The notes under the pieces are model-generated. The model had not been told where the DNA came from, did not search any database, and saw only the letters and a list, made by a program, of their open reading frames with translations. Positions 22,228 to 32,472 of a stretch of 64,000 nucleotides of DNA are shown piece after piece (positions within the stretch are counted from its first letter, which is position 1; every line of letters starts with the position of its first letter). The stretch lies in the NCBI GenBank assembly GCA_964005815.1, contig CAXFSR010000016.1, positions 32,001 to 96,000 of the forward strand. Reading direction: 5' to 3'. This DNA comes from an uncultured Nitrospinaceae bacterium. GTDB lineage: Bacteria; UBA8248. The position numbers and the translations under genes are program-made.

Positions 22228-22569
22228 TTGGATTGCATTTTCTGTAAAATTATCAGTGGGGATATTCCTTCAAAAAAAATCTATGAAGATGAATTTGTTT
22301 ATGCTTTTGAGGATATTGAAAGGGCATCCCCGATCCATGCACTTATTATTCCTAAAAAACATTTTGAAACTATGCTTGATATCAAAGAAAAAGATGCAAA
22401 TTTAATCGGTTCTGTTTTCATGGCTGCAAATAAAATTGCACGCAAACTTAATTTTGACAAGAAAGGTTTTAGAATAGTAACTAATTGCAAAGAAGATGGA
22501 GGACAAACTGTCTTTCACGTCCATTTTCATCTTTTAGCTGGCAGAAAAATGTTATGGCCACCAGGTTAA
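22228..22569 (+). CDS. hinT: Histidine triad nucleotide-binding protein
   Basis: CIFCKI, HVHFH triad, WPPG C-terminus. Confidence 0.92.
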   Translation: MDCIFCKIISGDIPSKKIYEDEFVYAFEDIERASPIHALIIPKKHFETMLDIKEKDANLIGSVFMAANKIARKLNFDKKGFRIVTNCKEDGGQTVFHVHFHLLAGRKMLWPPG

Positions 22570-22580
22570 ATCATTGTTAA

Positions 22581-23654
22581 TTAATTTTTATTTGCAATCC
22601 AACCACCACCATATAAAATATCGCCGTCGTAAAACACGGCTGCCTGTCCTGGGGAAATAGCTCCTAAAGAACTGGGATTTTCTGGCGTCACCTTAACGAC
22701 ATTATTAGACAAAGCAGAAACTAAACACATTGCAGGCTTTTGCTGATGGCGTACTTGAACAAGTAATTTATGCCCAGATTCCTTTATTGGAACAGACCAA
22801 TGAACATCTTCTACTCCAAAACTTTCCTCGTAAAGCTCTTCCCTATCTCCAACAACTAATGTGTGAGTATCGGGAATAATTTCAAGCACATACTTGGGCT
22901 CATTTCCTGTCACATCTAACCCTCTCCTTTGCCCGACTGTATAATTTCTAAAACCAGAATGTTCCCCGATTTTTTTTCCAGTCGAATCAACAATATGACC
23001 TGGAATATCTAATTCTCCCTCTTCTCTAAGAAACGTTCGATAGTCATCATTTGGAACAAAACAAATTTCCTGACTCTCATCTTTATCTGCATTTGGAAGG
23101 CCATAAGAATGAGCTATTTCTCGAGTTTGTTCTTTCGTTATATCGCATAAAGGAAACAAAGTATGACTCAGTTGTAATTGAGTCATCCCAAACAGAAAAT
23201 AGGTTTGGTCTTTAATCTTATCTACAGCACGACTAAGAGTATGTCTTCCCATGTGTTCGATACGTTTTGCATAATGCCCCGTGGCAAGAAAATCTGCTCC
23301 TAAACTAAATGCTCTTTGAGCAAGATAGTCAAATTTCACAACTTGATTACAACTAACACAAGGAACAGGTGTTCTTCCTAAGCTATATTCATTGATAAAT
23401 TTATCGATTACAGAAGTTCTAAAAGATTCTCTAACGTCCATTATATAAAAGGGTATATTCAGAACAGATGCTACAGAACGTGCATCAGCTAAATCTCTTG
23501 GAGCACAACAACCCCTGTGAGATGACTCCATATTGTGATGGTCAGCAAGACGAAGTCCTATTCCAATTACATCAAAATCTTTTTCAACTAAAAGTGCTGC
23601 TGCTACTGAACTATCAACCCCCCCACTCATTGCCACAACAACTTTTTGTTTCAT
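22581..23654 (-). CDS. mnmA: tRNA 2-thiouridine(34) synthase MnmA
   Basis: AMSGGVDSS, ATGHY, KDQTYFL, SQEICF, TVGQRRG, SPGQAAVFY. Confidence 0.96.
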   Translation of the reverse strand: MKQKVVVAMSGGVDSSVAAALLVEKDFDVIGIGLRLADHHNMESSHRGCCAPRDLADARSVASVLNIPFYIMDVRESFRTSVIDKFINEYSLGRTPVPCVSCNQVVKFDYLAQRAFSLGADFLATGHYAKRIEHMGRHTLSRAVDKIKDQTYFLFGMTQLQLSHTLFPLCDITKEQTREIAHSYGLPNADKDESQEICFVPNDDYRTFLREEGELDIPGHIVDSTGKKIGEHSGFRNYTVGQRRGLDVTGNEPKYVLEIIPDTHTLVVGDREELYEESFGVEDVHWSVPIKESGHKLLVQVRHQQKPAMCLVSALSNNVVKVTPENPSSLGAISPGQAAVFYDGDILYGGGWIANKN

Positions 23655-23760
23655 AAAAACACCATAATTTATCAAGGAACTATTTCTGCAATAAACAGAG
23701 TTTAGAATATAGCGGTTAAAGAATAACAGACATGTTAAAAAGTCTTAAAGAAAAACAATC

Positions 23761-25311
23761 CTAAGTTTTCTTATTTTTTTGTTTTTTCAAATTCCTGGCT
23801 AATGTGTACTTATTGACAGCGCTCAAAAAAGCCTTTGCCCCAGCTTCAATGGTATCGGGACTAGAACTATGTCCTGCTATCTGAAGATTTTCATCAAACT
23901 CAACTGTTATATAAACCTCGGCCATTGCATCTCGACCACGAGTAACTGAACTAACGTTAAAATCAACCAGTTTACAATCTATCCCAACTATTTTACTAAT
24001 CGCATTAATAACTGAGTCTACAGGACCATTCCCATGTCCTACATCAGATTCTATCTCATTTCCTACTTTTAATTTCACTGAAGCAGTAGCTGCAGGTTGA
24101 GTTGTAGTTGAAGAAGTAACTTGCATAAATTCTAGATAATAATAATTCTCTCCTTCCACTGAACGACTCTCCTGCAAAAGAGCAAGAAGATCTTCGTCAT
24201 AGACTTCTTTCTTTTTGTCAGCTAAATCTGTGAAATTAGGATAAATACTTGAAATTTGCTCTCTTCCTAACTTAAATCCTAATTGTTCGTATCTCTTTCT
24301 TAATCCTGCCCTTCCTGAATGTTTTCCTAAAACAAGTGTATTAGAAGGCCTACCAACAGACTTAGGAGTCATAATTTCATAAGTAATTGCTTTAGAAATC
24401 ACACCATGCTGATGAATTCCCGCCTCGTGTGCAAATGCATTCCTTCCAACTATAGCCTTATTAGGTTGTACCCTCACCCCAGTAGTTGAGGTAAGCAATC
24501 TACTAGTTGGGTATATTTCGCGGGTACGAATATTTGTCTGGAAATCCAAATGGTCTTTTCTAGTAGCAAGTGCCATTACTAATTCTTCAAGTGATGCATT
24601 CCCCGCTCTCTCTCCAATACCGTTTACCGTACATTCTACCTGTCTAACACCAGCTTCAATCGCAACAAGACTATTTGCAACAGCAAGACCTAGATCATCA
24701 TGACAGTGCGCACTAAAAACAACATTTTCATAATTAGGAATTTTCTCAAAAATATATTCCCAAAATTGTTTGAATTCACTAGGAACAATATAACCAACTG
24801 TATCCGGAAGATTAATGGTTGATGCTCCCTCCTCTATCGCAATCTTTACTGCCTCAACAAGAAAATCCCAATCAGAACGAGTTGCATCTTCTGCACTCCA
24901 TTCTATGTCACTACAAAGTTTTCTTGCAAAACTTACTGATTGTTGAATTTCCTTTAGCAACTCATTTCTTGTAATTTTTAATTTGTGCTTTAGATGTATA
25001 TCTGATGTAGCAATAAATGTGTGTATACGGGGCTTCTTTGCTTCTTTAACCGCATCCCAACATCTACTAATATCTCCTTTGTCAGAACGTGACAAACCTG
25101 CAACAATCGGTTTTTTCAGCGCTTTTGCTACAGCTCTAACAGATTCGAACTCATCATTAGAAGCAATAGGGAATCCAGCCTCCACTACATCAACTCCTAA
25201 TTTTTCTAACTGTAAAGCCATTTGTACCTTCTGAAAACTATCCATACTACAACCCGGAGATTGTTCACCATCCCTCAATGTAGTATCAAAAATACGAACA
25301 CCCCTGGGCAT
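23761..25311 (-). CDS. leuA: 2-isopropylmalate synthase
   Basis: DTTLRDGEQ, HCHDDLG, GIGERAGN, AHEAGIHQ, regulatory domain (GNGPVD). Start placed at the ATG at 25311 after GGAG. Confidence 0.95.
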   Translation of the reverse strand: MPRGVRIFDTTLRDGEQSPGCSMDSFQKVQMALQLEKLGVDVVEAGFPIASNDEFESVRAVAKALKKPIVAGLSRSDKGDISRCWDAVKEAKKPRIHTFIATSDIHLKHKLKITRNELLKEIQQSVSFARKLCSDIEWSAEDATRSDWDFLVEAVKIAIEEGASTINLPDTVGYIVPSEFKQFWEYIFEKIPNYENVVFSAHCHDDLGLAVANSLVAIEAGVRQVECTVNGIGERAGNASLEELVMALATRKDHLDFQTNIRTREIYPTSRLLTSTTGVRVQPNKAIVGRNAFAHEAGIHQHGVISKAITYEIMTPKSVGRPSNTLVLGKHSGRAGLRKRYEQLGFKLGREQISSIYPNFTDLADKKKEVYDEDLLALLQESRSVEGENYYYLEFMQVTSSTTTQPAATASVKLKVGNEIESDVGHGNGPVDSVINAISKIVGIDCKLVDFNVSSVTRGRDAMAEVYITVEFDENLQIAGHSSSPDTIEAGAKAFLSAVNKYTLARNLKKQKNKKT

Positions 25312-25423
25312 ATTTTTCTTTCTCCGTTTCGCTTCAGAAGAACTAGACATCAAATCATCCAATAAAAAAAATTCAAAAATGAAAACTTATTTAGTCAAGC
25401 AAAATTAGCACGTACTTTAAAGT

Positions 25424-26185
25424 TTACAAGGAACTTTGTCCACCATCTATGACCAGAGTTGAACCAGTCATAAAACTTGATGCGTCACTAGCTAGAAAAA
25501 CAATCGCTCCAGAGAGTTCACTATCAACCCCAATTCTATTTAAAGGGATATGATTTTCTATCATTTTCTTTCCAGACTCTGTAGAAAAGTAATCCTTATT
25601 GATCTCAGTCAAAAAATATCCCGGAGCTAAGGCATTTATTCTAATTCCGTATTTTGCCCACTCCTGTGACAAAGTTTTCGTTAATTGGATTATACCACCT
25701 TTACTTGAAGAGTATGCCGCAAGTTTTTGGATCCCAATCATCCCTGCAACCGATGAAACATTCACAATTACCCCTTTTTTTCTTTTAATCATAGTTTTTC
25801 CAACTTCTCTACACATTAGGAAGGTTCCTCTCAAGTTTGTATTAATTACCGCATCCCAATCTTCAACTTTCTGCTCTACTGCCCATGAAGGTCCACTTAT
25901 TCCACTATTATTAATTAAAATATCAATATTTTTTTTCTTAGATTTAACTTCATCTAAACAATTCTTAATGCTAGTTTCGTCCTGAACATCTAAAGCTAAA
26001 GAAAATGAATTGCCTCCTTTTACTTTAATTTCTTCCACTACATTTTCCAATTTGTTTATTCTTCTGCCTGTAACTATAACTTCTGCACCAGCATCACATA
26101 GTGCTAGACTCATGGCGCGACCCAATCCACTTCCACCTCCAGTAACAAGTGCTACTTTTTTCTTAAGACTAAAAACCTCTAACAT
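25424..26185 (-). CDS. SDR oxidoreductase (gluconate 5-dehydrogenase/KduD-like)
   Basis: TGGGSGLG, NNSG, YSSSK, APGYF, DGG. Confidence 0.88.
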   Translation of the reverse strand: MLEVFSLKKKVALVTGGGSGLGRAMSLALCDAGAEVIVTGRRINKLENVVEEIKVKGGNSFSLALDVQDETSIKNCLDEVKSKKKNIDILINNSGISGPSWAVEQKVEDWDAVINTNLRGTFLMCREVGKTMIKRKKGVIVNVSSVAGMIGIQKLAAYSSSKGGIIQLTKTLSQEWAKYGIRINALAPGYFLTEINKDYFSTESGKKMIENHIPLNRIGVDSELSGAIVFLASDASSFMTGSTLVIDGGQSSL

Positions 26186-26220
26186 GTAAATTTCCTTGAA
26201 AAGATCATATCAACAAAAAT

Positions 26221-26374
26221 TGTGAAGAAACTGTGGATAAACATGTGTTACAGCTAAATAAACCCTGCAATTTCTGGCACTTAGAACAGTTTGCATAAGA
26301 TACAAGCATTAAGGTTAACTCTTTATAATTCAATAACTTAAACTAAATTTTCGCCTAATGAGCCCTGTGTTTAA
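26221..26374. promoter_or_regulatory. Intergenic DnaA-box cluster with an IHF-like site
   Basis: Perfect TGTGGATAA (= TTATCCACA) at 26232-26240. Near matches in the same orientation at 26221-26229, 26290-26298 and 26366-26374. ATTCAATAACTTA at 26328-26340. Confidence 0.5.
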
Positions 26375-26435
26375 TGATTTACTCGTTTTTTTTAAACAAT
26401 TTGAAGAAAAAAAACCAGATTCTACGAAAAAAACT

Positions 26436-26981
26436 TCAGAAAAATAGTAAATTAGTGCGCCCGTATCTTCTAATTTCTTTTATTGAACTTGATATTTCTC
26501 TAGATAAATCACTGATTTTAAAATTTTTATCAAATTCAAAAACGAAGACCTTCCAAAAATCCTTTTCGCACAAAAGAAATTTAAGTATATCAAATGCAAG
26601 CTCTTTATCAGACCAAGGGGGATCAAAAAAAACGATATCAAATTTCTTGAGACTCATAACCAAATCTCTTAATATTTGTCTCGCATCTCCTTGTAAAACT
26701 TCGATTCTTTTTTCTAAACCCAGATCCACCGAAACTTTTTCTATATTTTCACAACAATCTTTATCGTTATCAATTGCAACAACTCGTACTGCACGCCTAC
26801 TTAATGCTTCAAAAGAGATTGCACCACTACCAGAACAAATATCAAGGAATGACACATCATCCAAATTCTGACCAAGAATATCGAACAATGCTTCTCTAAC
26901 TCTTTCTGACGTTGGCCTAACATTATTTTTACTAGTTAAATGTAGTCGCCTTCCTTTAACTAATCCTCCGACTATACGCAT
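26436..26981 (-). CDS. rsmD: 16S rRNA m2G966 methyltransferase RsmD
   Basis: MRIVGG..RPTSERVREALF, LDICSGSGA, DPPW, YG near the C-terminus. Confidence 0.92.
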   Translation of the reverse strand: MRIVGGLVKGRRLHLTSKNNVRPTSERVREALFDILGQNLDDVSFLDICSGSGAISFEALSRRAVRVVAIDNDKDCCENIEKVSVDLGLEKRIEVLQGDARQILRDLVMSLKKFDIVFFDPPWSDKELAFDILKFLLCEKDFWKVFVFEFDKNFKISDLSREISSSIKEIRRYGRTNLLFF

Positions 26982-27893
26982 CTAGACTTGAACCTTGTCG
27001 TAATGCAAAAGACTCGAAAATTCTTCATATCTTCTAGAAATTTCAACTTTTTCGAGGGATTTTAAACGGTCAAAGCTTAGCGATTGAACATTAAAAGATG
27101 CCATGACACTGCCATAAATAACTGCATTCCTAAGGTTATTGGGACTTATTCCTTTTAGAGTCAAGAAACCCATAAAACCGCCAGCAAAAGTATCACCCGC
27201 ACCCGTCGGATCAATAACGTTTTTAATAGGAAATGCAGGAACCGCAAAAATTTCTTCCTCATGAAAAAGGATAGCACCAAATTCTCCACGTTTTACTACT
27301 AAAGTACTTGGACCTAAATCTCTGACTTTTTTCGCAGCATTCAAAAGATTTTTATCTTTAGCAAGAGAACACAATTCTGCATCATTTATAATTAAGATAT
27401 CGATCAAATTAACAATATTCATCAAAGAATCGTTTTTCCCTTCAATCCAAAAATTCATTGTATCGCAGGCTACAAGTTTAGGTGAATCAATTTGATTTAA
27501 AACAGAAATTTGAAGATCTGGATCAATATTTGCCAAAAATAGATAATCAACATCTTTAAGAAATCTAGGTATTTCAGGATTAAAATTTTCAAAAACATTA
27601 AGTTGAGTGTCTAAAGTATGGGCAATATTCATGTCTTCATGATATTCACCTTTCCATCGAAAAGTTTTTCCATCTGTTTTTTCTACCCCCGACAAATCTA
27701 TATCTCTTGACTGAAGAAATTCTAACTCTGCTTGAGGAAAATCTTCTCCTATTACCGCAACCAAACTAACCTTAGTAAAGAAACTCGCAGCAATAGAAAA
27801 ATAAGTTGCAGAACCTCCTATTGATTCGTCTCTTTCTCCAAACGGTGTTTTAACAGAATCGATAGCCATAGAACCAACAGCTAAAAGCGTCAC
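26982..27893 (-). CDS. PfkB-family carbohydrate/nucleoside kinase
   Basis: GGSATY, DPTGAGDTFAGG. Confidence 0.9.
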   Translation of the reverse strand: MTLLAVGSMAIDSVKTPFGERDESIGGSATYFSIAASFFTKVSLVAVIGEDFPQAELEFLQSRDIDLSGVEKTDGKTFRWKGEYHEDMNIAHTLDTQLNVFENFNPEIPRFLKDVDYLFLANIDPDLQISVLNQIDSPKLVACDTMNFWIEGKNDSLMNIVNLIDILIINDAELCSLAKDKNLLNAAKKVRDLGPSTLVVKRGEFGAILFHEEEIFAVPAFPIKNVIDPTGAGDTFAGGFMGFLTLKGISPNNLRNAVIYGSVMASFNVQSLSFDRLKSLEKVEISRRYEEFSSLLHYDKVQV

Positions 27894-28050
27894 ATTATCT
27901 CCAATAGATTTAGAAAAATTTATACAAAAGAAGTATCAAAGAAACAAAAAAAAATGAAACAATTAAATATTTTGCTATAATTAAATAAATTTATAAGATC
28001 TTACACAAAAAGTTTTAACGTTTACATTCCTTTCAGTCTATTAATTCAGG

Positions 28051-29169
28051 TTGGATATGGACCATCAAGAAATATACAAAAAAAAACGCAGTGCACGACC
28101 GAGTGATTTTTCAGATCTGGATTTTTTCAAAGACTTAGAGAACCATTTCCTTGAAATAAAAGAACTCGAAATGTCTTGGATTGAATTTGAAACTCCAAAA
28201 TTAATTCCGAACAAAGAAAAGGCAATGAGATTACATTCTTTAATTACACTCACAAGAGCGATTGAAGAAGAGTTAGACTCTGCTTTTCGAGCCGGACATA
28301 TTCCAGGAACTGCCTTCTTCGGAAGAGGAAATGAAGGCGCCAGTGTAGGCAGTGCGTTTTGTTTACAAGACGAAGAATGGTTGGTACCTATGCATAGAAA
28401 TTGCGGCTCACACATTGCTAAAGGACACCCTCCCGAAAGTATCATGGCACATTTCTTCGGAAGAAAAGATGGCCCTTCAGAAGGAAGAGATGGAAATTTT
28501 CATATGGGCTACAGACCAAAGAATATCACACAATTGATTAGTCATATAGGAACAACGGTTCCAATAGCAACAGGATTAGCATGGGCCGAAAAGTATAGAA
28601 AAACAAACCGAGCAGTACTGACTCATATTGGAGAAGGAGGAACTAGCTCCGGCGATTTTCATGAAGGAATTAATTTCGCATCAGTTCAAAAACTCCCACT
28701 TGTCATAATCATAGACAACAACCAGTATGCATACAAAACTTTGCTCGAAAAACAATATGCATGCAAATCACTTATACTGAAATCAACTGGTTACGGAATT
28801 CCTGGTTATTTAATCGATGGAACAAATATGATTCTCGTAAATTATATTTGTGAAATTGCATTAGAAATGGCAAGAAAAGGGGAAGGACCAATTCTAATAG
28901 AAAGTATAACAATGCGTGCCTCAGGACACTCAGTTTATGATAAATTTTCTGATTATGTAGATATGGAAGATATGAATTTATGGTTAGAAAAAAGAGATCC
29001 CATCAAAAGATACGAACAATTCTTAATAAATTCAGGAATAGTTACTGAAAAGGAAATTGAAGATTCTCATTTCAAGGCAAAGGAGAAAGCTGCACTTTCA
29101 AGAGACATTGCATTAAAGAGCCCTTTCCCAAAACCAGAAGAGATGGAAAATGAGATCTTTGCTGACTAA
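28051..29169 (+). CDS. 2-oxoacid dehydrogenase E1 alpha (ThDP-dependent)
   Basis: ThDP motif GEGGTSSGDFHEG..NNQYA; RASGHS; RDPI. Confidence 0.9.
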   Translation: MDMDHQEIYKKKRSARPSDFSDLDFFKDLENHFLEIKELEMSWIEFETPKLIPNKEKAMRLHSLITLTRAIEEELDSAFRAGHIPGTAFFGRGNEGASVGSAFCLQDEEWLVPMHRNCGSHIAKGHPPESIMAHFFGRKDGPSEGRDGNFHMGYRPKNITQLISHIGTTVPIATGLAWAEKYRKTNRAVLTHIGEGGTSSGDFHEGINFASVQKLPLVIIIDNNQYAYKTLLEKQYACKSLILKSTGYGIPGYLIDGTNMILVNYICEIALEMARKGEGPILIESITMRASGHSVYDKFSDYVDMEDMNLWLEKRDPIKRYEQFLINSGIVTEKEIEDSHFKAKEKAALSRDIALKSPFPKPEEMENEIFAD

Positions 29170-29171
29170 AT

Positions 29172-30170
29172 ATGAAAAACAAAACTTATAGCGACGCAAT
29201 ACGTGAAGCACTATGGGAAGAAATGGAACGTGATGAGAATGTATATCTGATCGGAGAAGATATAGGTTTGGGTGGAGGTGCATTTTACATCACAAAAGGG
29301 TTCCAAGAAAGATTTGGTGATTTAAGAGTAGTAGATACCCCTTTAAGTGAAGCTGGATTTACGGGTTCTGCAATTGGTTCTTCTTTAGCGGGATTAAGAC
29401 CGGTAGTTGAATTTCAATTTGCAGACTTTGTAACAGAATCGTTTAAAATGATCGTTGACTTTGCTGCTGGAAATTTTTTCCGAAAAATGGGAGAGGTTCC
29501 GATCGTTTTCAGACTCCCCGCGGGGGCTCTAACAAGTGCAGGACCATTTCATAGCCAAAATCCGGAAATATGGTTTTTTGGAACACCCGGAATCAAGATA
29601 GTTGCGCCATCAAATTCCTATGATGCAAAAGGTCTTATGAAATCTGCAATTCGTGATAACAATCCAGTCATTTTTATAGAATATAAAAAATTTTACAACT
29701 ATCCAATTTCAGATTTACCGACACCCCTTAGAATCGAAATCCCAGAAGAAGATTATGAAGTTCCAATTGGCAAAGCAAGAATTCTAGTAGAAGGAGAAGA
29801 TCTTTCATTAATTACTTTTGGGACAACCGTTTTGCAAGCTCTCCAGGCAGCCAAACAAATTTCTCAAGAAGGAGCCAGCGTAGAGGTAATAGATCTCCGC
29901 ACAATTATACCTTTCGATAAGGAAACTATTATTAATTCTGTGAAAAAAACAGGGAAAATACTTTTTCTACATGAGGCGAGAAAACAAGGAGGAATCTCTG
30001 GAGAACTTTCATCCCTCATCACAGAAGAAGCTTTCGAATACCTAGACGCTCCTCCAGTAAGAATTGGTGCAATTAACACACCAGTACCTTTAAGTCCTCC
30101 ACTGGAAAAAGCTTACTTACCTAATACACAAGATATATTAATTGCATTAAGGGACTTATTAGAATATTAA
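29172..30170 (+). CDS. 2-oxoacid dehydrogenase E1 beta
   Basis: GEDIG, DTPLSE, EFQFADF, GPFHSQ, EVIDLRT. Confidence 0.92.
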   Translation: MKNKTYSDAIREALWEEMERDENVYLIGEDIGLGGGAFYITKGFQERFGDLRVVDTPLSEAGFTGSAIGSSLAGLRPVVEFQFADFVTESFKMIVDFAAGNFFRKMGEVPIVFRLPAGALTSAGPFHSQNPEIWFFGTPGIKIVAPSNSYDAKGLMKSAIRDNNPVIFIEYKKFYNYPISDLPTPLRIEIPEEDYEVPIGKARILVEGEDLSLITFGTTVLQALQAAKQISQEGASVEVIDLRTIIPFDKETIINSVKKTGKILFLHEARKQGGISGELSSLITEEAFEYLDAPPVRIGAINTPVPLSPPLEKAYLPNTQDILIALRDLLEY

Positions 30171-30194
30171 AAGATATAAGGAGATTGATTTTTA

Positions 30195-31550
30195 ATGTTC
30201 GAAGAAAAAATTGAAATGCCAAGAATGGGAACGAGTGTTCACGAAAGTACGATCCTTGCATGGAAGAAAAATGAAGGCGATAAAGTATACAAAGGCGAAC
30301 CGATTCTTTCAGCGGAAAGTGACAAAATTGAATTTGAAATAGAAAGTACTGTAGATGGAGTATTGAAAACTATCTTAGCAGAATCAAATTCCGTTGTACC
30401 TGTCGGAAGCATCCTAGGAATAATTGTTTCAGAGAATCCGCCAGAAAGAAAAATACCTGAAATTGACAATTCAAATCGAGAGGCTTTACCCAAAAATAAC
30501 GAACAAATTTGGGCTGCTCCCGTTGCACCCTTAGATTTAGAAAACGAAGGGGTTATTTCAACCAATAGTATTAAAAATCCATATAAAGAACCTTCAAAAA
30601 TTTCGCATTTAAATTTTCTGAGCCCAAAAGTCAGAAAACTTATTGCTCAACACAAAATAAGCGATGCTGAACTATCTGAAATAGTTGGCACCGGATCTAA
30701 TGGAAGAATTTCATCAAAAGATATTCTTGATTTTGTAAATCAAAGTAAGAACGTCCAAAATTCTGTGAGATACGAAGACCTATATGTTAGTGAAAAGAAT
30801 TTAGTGGATATAAATTTTAGTCCGATCGAAATAGAGAGTCAAAAAAAAGAAGTATATGAAGAATTAAGCGTCAGGCGAAAGAAGATAGCAGAGAATCTCT
30901 TGTTGTCTTCTACAACTATTCCACAAGTAACTCTATTTATGGATGTAGACATGAGCAGGATTGCTTCTTGGAGAGAAACTAACAAGAAAGATTTTAAAAT
31001 TAGACATAATCTAAATCTTAGTTATACAACGATAATTTCAATTGGAATCATCTCAGCTATTCGAATCTCAATCTATAAAACCTTCAACGCCATTTTCAGA
31101 GGAACAAAATTGGAAATCAAAAGATACGTAAACTTAGGGATTGCAACAGACACAAAAAATGGTTTAATTGTTCCAGTTATTAAGAATGCGGATAGCCTCT
31201 CTTTCATTGAACTATCTCAAAAGATAGAAGACATTACAAAAAGAGCAAAAACAAATTCATTAGATCCCGGTGAAACTAACGATGCTACTATCACTCTCAC
31301 AAATTTTGGACATACAGGTGCCTTATCTGGAAGCCCACTAATTAATCCACCCCAAGTTTCTATAATAGGAACAGGGAAAATAGATACTAAAGTAGTAACG
31401 ATTAACGAAACAGAAATTACTATCAGACCAATTATGAATCTTGCATTAACGTTTGATCATAGGATTAACGATGGCGCTATTGCAGGAAAATTTGCTACAA
31501 CTATAAAAAATAATATTGAACGAATGAACCTAAAACAACTGGAGTTTTAA
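30195..31550 (+). CDS. Dihydrolipoamide acyltransferase E2
   Basis: Lipoyl domain ESDKI, subunit-binding GTGSNGRI, catalytic DHRINDG. Confidence 0.92.
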   Translation: MFEEKIEMPRMGTSVHESTILAWKKNEGDKVYKGEPILSAESDKIEFEIESTVDGVLKTILAESNSVVPVGSILGIIVSENPPERKIPEIDNSNREALPKNNEQIWAAPVAPLDLENEGVISTNSIKNPYKEPSKISHLNFLSPKVRKLIAQHKISDAELSEIVGTGSNGRISSKDILDFVNQSKNVQNSVRYEDLYVSEKNLVDINFSPIEIESQKKEVYEELSVRRKKIAENLLLSSTTIPQVTLFMDVDMSRIASWRETNKKDFKIRHNLNLSYTTIISIGIISAIRISIYKTFNAIFRGTKLEIKRYVNLGIATDTKNGLIVPVIKNADSLSFIELSQKIEDITKRAKTNSLDPGETNDATITLTNFGHTGALSGSPLINPPQVSIIGTGKIDTKVVTINETEITIRPIMNLALTFDHRINDGAIAGKFATTIKNNIERMNLKQLEF

Positions 31551-31551
31551 A

Positions 31552-32466
31552 ATGCCACGTATCAACTCAAGTACTGCTCTAAGATCTATGTTATTCACGC
31601 CTGGAAGTAGTGAGAAAATGCTTTCAAAATCTTTAACCTCTCCTTCGGATGCCTCTCTCTATGATATAGAGGATTCTGTAGCTGAGGACATGAAATCAAA
31701 AGCAAGAGAGTTAGTAGGAGAAATAATCAAAGAAAATGAGAATTCTAACGAAGCACCGCCAACGGTGCTTGTGAGAGTTAACGATGTAAATTCAGAACAC
31801 TTCGAAAAAGATATAGATGCAATTGCAACTTCTGGATTAGATGGGATTTTTCTCCCAAAACCTGAAACAGAAGCAGACGTAAGAAAAGCGGACGCCATAA
31901 TTACTAAATTCGAGACAGAAAGGAAACTCGAAATCAACAGCATTGCAATCATTCTTCAAATGGAAAGTGCTCTTGGTATATATAATTGTTTCAACCTGTG
32001 CAAATCTGCAGAAAGAGTTGTTGGTGTAAATTTAGGAAGTGCAGAAGATGCTGACCTTTGCAGAGATCTAGGTGCCCAGTGGACCCCTGACGGAAATACA
32101 TTACATTATTCGCGAAGTAAAGTTTTGTTAGAAGCTCGTGCAGCAAAAATGCCTCATCCTACAGATGGTGTATACATGGATCTACAAAACGATGATGGAT
32201 GTAGAGAAGACGCAGAAATCGCCAGACTATTGGGATACACTGGAAAAGCAGCTATACATCCAAGACAAGTTCCCATTTTCAACGAAGTGTATTCGCCAAA
32301 AACTGAAGAAGTTTCCTATTATAAAGAAATGTTGGATGCTTACTACGAGGGAGAAAAAGCTGGCCTTGGAGCAGTAAACTTTCAAGGAAAAATGGTAGAC
32401 ATAGCAATGGTCCGTCACGCAGAAAATATTATCAATAGGTCTAAAGCTATACAGTCTAGAACTTAA
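31552..32466 (+). CDS. CitE/HpcH-family acyl-CoA lyase (citryl/malyl/citramalyl-CoA lyase-like)
   Basis: RSMLFTPG, DIEDSV, VRVN, GKAAIHPRQ, GKMVD. Confidence 0.88.
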   Translation: MPRINSSTALRSMLFTPGSSEKMLSKSLTSPSDASLYDIEDSVAEDMKSKARELVGEIIKENENSNEAPPTVLVRVNDVNSEHFEKDIDAIATSGLDGIFLPKPETEADVRKADAIITKFETERKLEINSIAIILQMESALGIYNCFNLCKSAERVVGVNLGSAEDADLCRDLGAQWTPDGNTLHYSRSKVLLEARAAKMPHPTDGVYMDLQNDDGCREDAEIARLLGYTGKAAIHPRQVPIFNEVYSPKTEEVSYYKEMLDAYYEGEKAGLGAVNFQGKMVDIAMVRHAENIINRSKAIQSRT

Positions 32467-32472
32467 GAAAAA

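Noticed and set aside
26275..26295. sigma54-like TGGCAC..TTGCA
   Set aside because: The spacer is 10 nt rather than the required 5. The TGGCAC near 55430 also lacks a -12 element.
26186..26435. oriC
   Set aside because: No dnaA, dnaN or gidA nearby, and the gene-strand bias does not switch. Kept only as a DnaA-box cluster.
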